This document shows, piece after piece, positions 58,847-64,000 of a stretch of DNA of 64,000 bases (within the stretch, counting starts at the first letter, position 1; every line of letters begins with the position of its first letter). This DNA comes from a virus (Duplodnaviria > Caudoviricetes). The DNA is taken from positions 1 through 64,000 of the IMG/VR virus record IMGVR_UViG_3300021958_000049. One strand, given 5' to 3'. Below the pieces are notes generated by a model, which saw only the letters and a program-made list of their open reading frames with translations, was not told the origin of the DNA and ran no database searches. A program made the translations under genes and the position numbers.

Positions 58847-60304
58847 ATGAAACATTTCGAAAACTTTCAATTAATAACTGAGGCGTTATCCTTTAATAAG
58901 GTACAAGTAATAATACTTTCGAACTTAGAAGCAGAGTCAACTACAGTAGATGCCGTAGTAAAAGCTTGTAAAAGGCGTGGAGTACCTTGTTACCCATTAA
59001 ATGTTAAGACAGCGTTTATTAAGGAATTTGTAAATAAACGTAATGATATTAAAATTGGCGATGCCGATAATAAGCCTATTGCAATCAATCGATCAAATAC
59101 TGTTATTCTTTCTAGACGAGGTATTGTTAATTCTACATATACAAGACAATTATTAGAAGACTTAGAATCTTACAACTTCTTTTGTGTAAATACTTTGAAT
59201 TCTATAATGACTTGTGAAAATAAGAACACAACAAATAGAATATTAGAAGCTGCTGGATTACCAACACCTAAAAATTCGATACTATCGGATCCTGAAGGAA
59301 TAGATCAAGCACTAAAAGATATTGGTGGTAAGTTTCCAGTCATTGTAAAAATGTTATCAGGTTCTCAAGGTATTGGCGTTTCTCAAGTTGATTCTTACGA
59401 ATCATTAAAATCAGTATTACAAACTCTTTGGAAAGCTAGTGGCAAAAATGAAATATTATTACAGGAAATGATACCTGCAACCGGTGATGTGAGAATTCAT
59501 GTTTTATCTAAAAAATTCTTTAGTCCTGATGATGAACATTCTGAGGTAATTGCGGTAATGCAAAGAACAGCTGCTAAAAAAGATTTTAGAACAAATTATT
59601 CAATTGGCGGTGGAGTTAAGAAATTTAAGTTAACTAAGGAAATGGAACAAATTGCAAAGGATGCTGCAAAAGCTGTTGATGCAACTTGGTGTGCTGTTGA
59701 TTTAATCATAGATAAGAATACGAAGAAACCTTATATATTAGAAGTTAATGGATCTCCTGGTACTAAAGGAATTACAGAAGCTACTGGATTACCAGTAGTT
59801 AAAATAGTATTAGATTATATATTAAATAAAGAAAATTGGACATATCCTAATATCAGCTGTGGTTTTAGGGAAGTGATTACAATTCCAGGTGTTGGTGATT
59901 ATGTGTGTAAAATGGACACAGGAAATGGCGGAAAGGCATTATCTATACATGGAGAAAACGCAAAAGTTAATGGAAAATACTTAGAATATGAAATTAACGG
60001 AAAGTCTTACAAAGATAAAATCGTAGATTATTCAAATCCAGTTGTAGGAGAAGAAACTTTAGAAAGACCTATTATATTAAAGGATCTTGTATTCGCCGGT
60101 AAATTAGTACCTAAAGTTCCAATATCAATAGTTGATAGAACAGAAAAATCTACACCGGCATTAGCTAATCGAAAATTTATGGATAGATTAGGTATAAATG
60201 TTAGTCCATCTAAAGCTTTTAGAGCTACATCTTTTGATGGTGGTGAATACTCGGTTGAGGATTCTATAGGTAATGCTCTAGGAGGAATTAAATTCGAAAA
60301 ATAA
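58847..60304 (+). CDS. rimK: RimK-family ATP-grasp ligase fused to a RimK-associated retropepsin-like protease
   Basis: NKNTT, LPTP, PVIVK..GSQGIGV, LLQEMI, DFRTNYSIGG and LEVNGSPG; the C-terminal domain has KMDTGN. Leader MKHFENFQLITE|A. Confidence 0.85.
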   Translation: MKHFENFQLITEALSFNKVQVIILSNLEAESTTVDAVVKACKRRGVPCYPLNVKTAFIKEFVNKRNDIKIGDADNKPIAINRSNTVILSRRGIVNSTYTRQLLEDLESYNFFCVNTLNSIMTCENKNTTNRILEAAGLPTPKNSILSDPEGIDQALKDIGGKFPVIVKMLSGSQGIGVSQVDSYESLKSVLQTLWKASGKNEILLQEMIPATGDVRIHVLSKKFFSPDDEHSEVIAVMQRTAAKKDFRTNYSIGGGVKKFKLTKEMEQIAKDAAKAVDATWCAVDLIIDKNTKKPYILEVNGSPGTKGITEATGLPVVKIVLDYILNKENWTYPNISCGFREVITIPGVGDYVCKMDTGNGGKALSIHGENAKVNGKYLEYEINGKSYKDKIVDYSNPVVGEETLERPIILKDLVFAGKLVPKVPISIVDRTEKSTPALANRKFMDRLGINVSPSKAFRATSFDGGEYSVEDSIGNALGGIKFEK

Positions 60305-60324
60305 CAAAATAAATTTATATTAAA

Positions 60325-60663
60325 ATGGCAACAACCGCAAAATACGCAATAGTATCTAATGGACCTACATATTATTCTCAATCAGATCCATTCAATAAAA
60401 CACCTATAACATGTGACCATTTCTGTGCATACGCAAAAGATTATGTTGTAGGATCAACTTCCGTAACATTTAAAGCCCAGTTCGGCGATGTTGCAGGACC
60501 TACTTTTACAAGAGTCTTTACTAAAGAATATGAAGTTGGTGGAACTGTGTTATCTAATTGGGATACTGATCCTGAATATATTTTGAATCATATTGCAGCA
60601 TTCGAATCGTTAACAGTAACTTCTTTTACAGACTTAGGTTTTACTAAATCACCATTTGAATAG
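60325..60663 (+). CDS. Hypothetical protein (possible small virion protein)
   Basis: ORF with T/S-rich beta-type composition. Confidence 0.4.
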   Translation: MATTAKYAIVSNGPTYYSQSDPFNKTPITCDHFCAYAKDYVVGSTSVTFKAQFGDVAGPTFTRVFTKEYEVGGTVLSNWDTDPEYILNHIAAFESLTVTSFTDLGFTKSPFE

Positions 60664-60666
60664 ATT

Positions 60667-60738
60667 GTTAATAACTTTTCGAAAATAAGTGTTCTAAAAT
60701 TTTTTTTTTCCAAGTTTTTTTATTATATTTAAATATAA
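60667..60738 (+). promoter_or_regulatory. Putative early promoter element, copy 1
   Basis: GTTAATAACTTTT...AAGTGT...T-tract-CCAA...TATTATATTTA.ATATAA, near-identical in architecture to 61408-61480. Confidence 0.65.
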
Positions 60739-60755
60739 TTTAAAAACATACAAAC

Positions 60756-60959
60756 ATGAGCACAAATCTTTCAATCGTCATTCAATCACATCTTTCCGAT
60801 TCATTAATCGAAACTTCTTTTAACGTAGAACAAGCAAACCTTCGTATACGTTTTGTTAAATATCTTATTAATCGCTTTGGTGATGATATCAATCAAAGGG
60901 TTGATATTGATAAAGTATTTAACGAATTCTTAGAAACTCAAGGCGAAACAATATCATAA
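60756..60959 (+). CDS. Small hypothetical early-type protein
   Basis: ORF directly downstream of the repeated element. Confidence 0.55.
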   Translation: MSTNLSIVIQSHLSDSLIETSFNVEQANLRIRFVKYLINRFGDDINQRVDIDKVFNEFLETQGETIS

Positions 60960-60990
60960 AATCATCATATAAATATAAAATCATTAAAAC

Positions 60991-61398
60991 ATGTTAGAAC
61001 CAATTAAAATTCACGTAAATTGTTTAACCAGTTATTCGCCAAATTGCTTTCCTGAATACTTTGAGGAAAAACTCGTTAAACGAATCTTAGAAGTTAAAAA
61101 AACAGAAAATTTAACTGATCAATTTCAAGGAGATTGGATTCCTGGAAGGCGATATGAAGATAACGATCGAGTTGCTTCTGTAATTATGGGTTGTATTTCA
61201 CAATCGGTTGCAAAGCATATAATTCCAGGTAAAATGCGATTCGATGAAAATGGGAAAGTTAATCCACTTCTCGAAATGCGATGCTTAGCATATACTACTA
61301 ATATGGATACCGAAACTCTTGATAAATGGATAATCGAAGCTCTTGATTATTCAGGTGGTTGTGACCATTGGTATACTTACGAAAAAGATTGGAGTTAA
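60991..61398 (+). CDS. Hypothetical protein
   Basis: ORF with an A-rich leader. Confidence 0.55.
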   Translation: MLEPIKIHVNCLTSYSPNCFPEYFEEKLVKRILEVKKTENLTDQFQGDWIPGRRYEDNDRVASVIMGCISQSVAKHIIPGKMRFDENGKVNPLLEMRCLAYTTNMDTETLDKWIIEALDYSGGCDHWYTYEKDWS

Positions 61399-61407
61399 CA
61401 TACGGAT

Positions 61408-61480
61408 GTTAATAACTTTTTTAAAAAAAAGTGTCCAAAAATTTTTTTTTTCCAATTATTTTTATTATATTTACATATAA
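61408..61480 (+). promoter_or_regulatory. Putative early promoter element, copy 2
   Basis: Second copy of the GTTAATAAC...TATATTTA element. Confidence 0.65.
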
Positions 61481-61501
61481 CAAATTTAAACATATATCAT
61501 T

Positions 61502-61705
61502 ATGAACGTATCATTCAAAATCAACATCAAGTACTTCTTACTTACTATCCTTTCATTTACAATCGCTTACACTACCGCTTCAGGTTCAATTCAAAATTAC
61601 ATTCATTTTGCTGGCGAACTTAACGAAATGGCATTCTGCTTTTTTGCATTATTCTTAGGAGTAATCACAACTGCGTTAACATTCGAAAAAAATTCAAACA
61701 AATAA
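61502..61705 (+). CDS. Small two-TM membrane protein
   Basis: Two hydrophobic helices (YFLLTILSFTIAY; MAFCFFALFLGVITTAL). Confidence 0.55.
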   Translation: MNVSFKINIKYFLLTILSFTIAYTTASGSIQNYIHFAGELNEMAFCFFALFLGVITTALTFEKNSNK

Positions 61706-61839
61706 TGAGCGATTCGAACGAAAACAAAAAGCTTCAAAAAACTGAATTTACTATACAAGAAATTTGGCAGGCTATGCGTGGTAACGTTCAAAAGAATAAG
61801 AAAAAATACAACCGTAAGACTAAACATAAAAATAAATAA
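61705..61839 (+). CDS. 44-aa basic peptide, ArfA-like (not in the ORF track)
   Basis: MSDSNENKKLQKTEFTIQEIWQAMRGNVQKNKKKYNRKTKHKNK, coupled by TAATG to the upstream ORF. Confidence 0.5.
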   Translation: MSDSNENKKLQKTEFTIQEIWQAMRGNVQKNKKKYNRKTKHKNK

Positions 61840-61841
61840 GC

Positions 61842-62033
61842 ATGAATCTAACAGAAATCATTTCAGTAACTGAAGACGAGAGATATTACATCGTAATAGC
61901 AAAAGGAACCTCACCAACATTAAACGAAATCATTGAATTTCGAGAAAACCGATGCAGAGTATTAAGACTATCTTCTTACGTAAGAAACGGCGAAATGTTC
62001 AAATTGCAATTATTGAAACTAGACTCTAAGTAA
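61842..62033 (+). CDS. Small hypothetical protein
   Basis: ORF starting 2 nt after the preceding stop. Confidence 0.45.
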   Translation: MNLTEIISVTEDERYYIVIAKGTSPTLNEIIEFRENRCRVLRLSSYVRNGEMFKLQLLKLDSK

Positions 62034-62043
62034 ATCATATAAC
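62015..62043 (+). promoter_or_regulatory. GAAACT-N17-TATAAC promoter-like element
   Basis: Exact motif upstream of the clamp loader. Confidence 0.7.
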
Positions 62044-62063
62044 TATTAAACAATAAACAATTT

Positions 62064-63017
62064 ATGTCGCACACAAAATCTCTTTTGTGGACTGAAAAAT
62101 ATCGGCCACAAGAACTATCAGACTTAATCGTCCCAGAACGAATTGCTAAAAAATTAGACAAAGGTGTATATCAAAATTTGTTATTTTATGGCGGTCCTGG
62201 TAGTGGAAAAACATCATCCGCTAAAATATTGGCTAAAGATCATCCAACATTATATATTAACTGTTCTAGTGAAACTGGCGTTGATACGGTTCGTGTTAAA
62301 ATATCAGAATTTTGTTCTACATTATCTCTACTTGATGGCGAACGTAAATTAAAAGTAGTAATCCTTGATGAGTTCGATGGAGTATCGGATCAATATATGA
62401 AAGCTCTTAGAGGTACCATTGAACAATTTCATCTAAGCGCAAGATTTATTGCAACATGTAATTATTTCAATAAGATTCCTGATAATATACAATCTCGATT
62501 CGAATGTATTAATTTCGATTTTAGTGATGAAGAAGAAACTGAGATTATGCGAAAATATCTTCGTAGGATATTTGAAATATGCAAAATCGAAGGTATGGAA
62601 ATAGATAAAGATGCTTTACTTGAATTAGTACAACGCAAATTTCCGGATCTTAGGAATACAATAAATGTCATTCAGGGATACTTTGCCGAAGGCGTTAAGA
62701 AAATCACACTCAAAGATGTTACCACCTTTCATGGCGTCTATAAAGATCTCTTCGATCTAATTTTTGAAGATATTAATTCAACCGTAAATAATTACAAATT
62801 TTTAGTTTCTAATTATTCTCATAAAGTTGATGATGTGATAAAAGCATTAGGTACCGACTTTATCGAATATATTCAAACAGAAAAACCTGATGCAATTCGA
62901 CATTTAGGCGAAATATGCCACGAAGTAAACAGACATTCTTATGAATCGAGGTTTGTGATCGATCCAGTGGTAACTATGTTAAGCTTAGTATACAAGATAC
63001 AAAAAATCGTTCATTAA
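62064..63017 (+). CDS. gp44: Clamp loader AAA+ subunit (gp44/RFC-like)
   Basis: WTEKYRPQ, GGPGSGKTS, INCS, VILDEFD, CNY, QSRF and FPDLRN. Confidence 0.93.
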   Translation: MSHTKSLLWTEKYRPQELSDLIVPERIAKKLDKGVYQNLLFYGGPGSGKTSSAKILAKDHPTLYINCSSETGVDTVRVKISEFCSTLSLLDGERKLKVVILDEFDGVSDQYMKALRGTIEQFHLSARFIATCNYFNKIPDNIQSRFECINFDFSDEEETEIMRKYLRRIFEICKIEGMEIDKDALLELVQRKFPDLRNTINVIQGYFAEGVKKITLKDVTTFHGVYKDLFDLIFEDINSTVNNYKFLVSNYSHKVDDVIKALGTDFIEYIQTEKPDAIRHLGEICHEVNRHSYESRFVIDPVVTMLSLVYKIQKIVH

Positions 63018-63023
63018 TTATAT

Positions 63024-63052
63024 GAATCTTTATGACAAAAGCATCATATAAT
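63024..63052 (+). promoter_or_regulatory. GAATCT-N17-TATAAT promoter-like element
   Basis: One-mismatch copy upstream of the RNase H gene. Confidence 0.6.
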
Positions 63053-63074
63053 AATAAACAAATATAAACATATT

Positions 63075-64000
63075 ATGAGAAGGTATACATTAGTTGTCGA
63101 TGGTAATTATTTTTTGCACAAAACGTTTTTTATTTCAGGTAAAATAAAATCTAGAAAAGGTGCACCACTTAATTTTATCGATGAACCAGAAAAAGATGCA
63201 GATCTATTAGCATATAAACTTGCTACAGACTTTGCATACGAAGTTAAAAGATTTTCACCTATTTTAGATGGTGTTGTTTATTGCATCGATTCATCTTCAT
63301 GGCGAAAAGATTTTTATCCAGAATCAAATGCGCTTAAATCTGCAGATTCACAACAATATAAAGGACATCGTAAAAAAGATAATACAATTAATTGGAAAGC
63401 AATCTACGATTTACATGATAAATTTGCAAAATCTTTAGAATCTCTTGGGTGTACTGTATCTCGTGTAAGTGGTGCCGAAGCCGACGATTTAATATTCTCT
63501 TGGTCTTCCTATTTAAATATGAACAATAGGAATGCACTAATTTTTTCTGGCGATAATGATCTAATTCAATTAGTTTGTAATAACGAATCTAACGGCACAA
63601 ATACATTATACTACAATAAATTTTCAAAATCTATATATACTTTCGAAGGATTTACAGAATGGCTAAAAGAAACCAATATGGATTCAGTCGATATTTTCAA
63701 TCAACCATTAGACCTAACAAGTAATACAAAACTATCATTACAAAACGTTGTACGAGGTATCGAAATACGAGAAACTAATGTAAAAGAATTTGTATTTAAG
63801 AAAATACTTATGGGTGATGCCGGCGATAATGTTTCACCTTTACATCAAATCATTAAAAAAGGTAAAGATGGTAAACGCCGAGTATATAATATTACTGATA
63901 AAAAAGCAAATCAAATTCTTCAAGATTATGAAGAAAAAAATGGCCAAATAACTGAATCAACATTTTTTAATATAGATTCTATTACTGATATATGCAAAAT
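63075..64000 (+). CDS. rnh: 5'-3' exonuclease / T4 RNase H-like (runs off the window end; absent from the ORF track)
   Basis: My translation gives MRRYTLVVDGNY...CIDSSSWRKDFY...YKGHRKK...GAEADDLI...SGDNDLIQL...LMGDAGDNV. Confidence 0.88.
   Translation, partial: MRRYTLVVDGNYFLHKTFFISGKIKSRKGAPLNFIDEPEKDADLLAYKLATDFAYEVKRFSPILDGVVYCIDSSSWRKDFYPESNALKSADSQQYKGHRKKDNTINWKAIYDLHDKFAKSLESLGCTVSRVSGAEADDLIFSWSSYLNMNNRNALIFSGDNDLIQLVCNNESNGTNTLYYNKFSKSIYTFEGFTEWLKETNMDSVDIFNQPLDLTSNTKLSLQNVVRGIEIRETNVKEFVFKKILMGDAGDNVSPLHQIIKKGKDGKRRVYNITDKKANQILQDYEEKNGQITESTFFNIDSITDICK

Noticed and set aside
4570-62671. All minus-strand ORFs and short alternative-frame plus-strand ORFs in the track
   Set aside because: They lie entirely over long, motif-bearing + strand genes. 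The F/S/L-rich translations are antisense shadows of K/E/D-rich coding sequence.
1-64000. Stop-codon reassignment (as in Lak or some crAss-like phages)
   Set aside because: Genes are full-length in the standard code, and TAA, TGA and TAG all terminate recognisable genes (for example TAG at 17403, 50821 and 60663).
1-64000. CRISPR array, tRNA/rRNA genes, diversity-generating retroelement
   Set aside because: I saw no regularly spaced repeat-spacer array, no cloverleaf with T-loop/CCA hallmarks and no reverse transcriptase or TR/VR pair by eye. A tRNAscan or CRISPR scan would be definitive.

Overview
This is a 64-kb slice of an AT-rich, T4-like (myovirus-type) large or jumbo phage genome. All credible genes lie on the + strand in the standard genetic code. 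From left to right it contains: (i) very large virion structural genes (putative baseplate/tail/fibre, 1-17.4 kb); (ii) a T4-like replication, recombination and nucleotide-metabolism set (RuvC-like resolvase, gp32, primase, UvsY, UvsW, dUTPase, a DNA polymerase B split into two distant genes, NrdB/NrdA, clamp, UvsX, gp41, gp47/46, clamp loader, RNase H); (iii) a head module (gp55-like late sigma, gp4, gp2, portal, fused protease-scaffold, major capsid); and (iv) clusters of uncharacterised late genes. The host is probably Bacteroidota (inference): the genes have A-rich leaders without Shine-Dalgarno sites, and one secreted protein has a Gln after its signal peptide and a T9SS-like C-terminus. 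Three promoter-like motif classes are readable directly: GAAACT-N17-TATAA(C/T) before replication genes, (G/A)ATATATA before structural genes, and a duplicated ~72-bp GTTAATAAC...TATATTTA element before small early-type ORFs. The most striking signal is a family of late proteins that begin with leaders resembling the capsid-targeting sequence of T4 internal proteins. Several of them are built from 70-130-aa modules joined by (ES)xVNE|AK junctions, which match the prohead-protease cleavage consensus and are near-identical 15-bp DNA repeats. I infer a cassette-based system of head-packaged polyproteins that are processed into many small injected effectors. Predicted cargo includes a glycine-zipper amphipathic peptide, a ligase-fold/cytidylyltransferase pair and a RimK-protease fusion. 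No tools were run, so all family assignments come from motif recognition and need HMM or structure confirmation.
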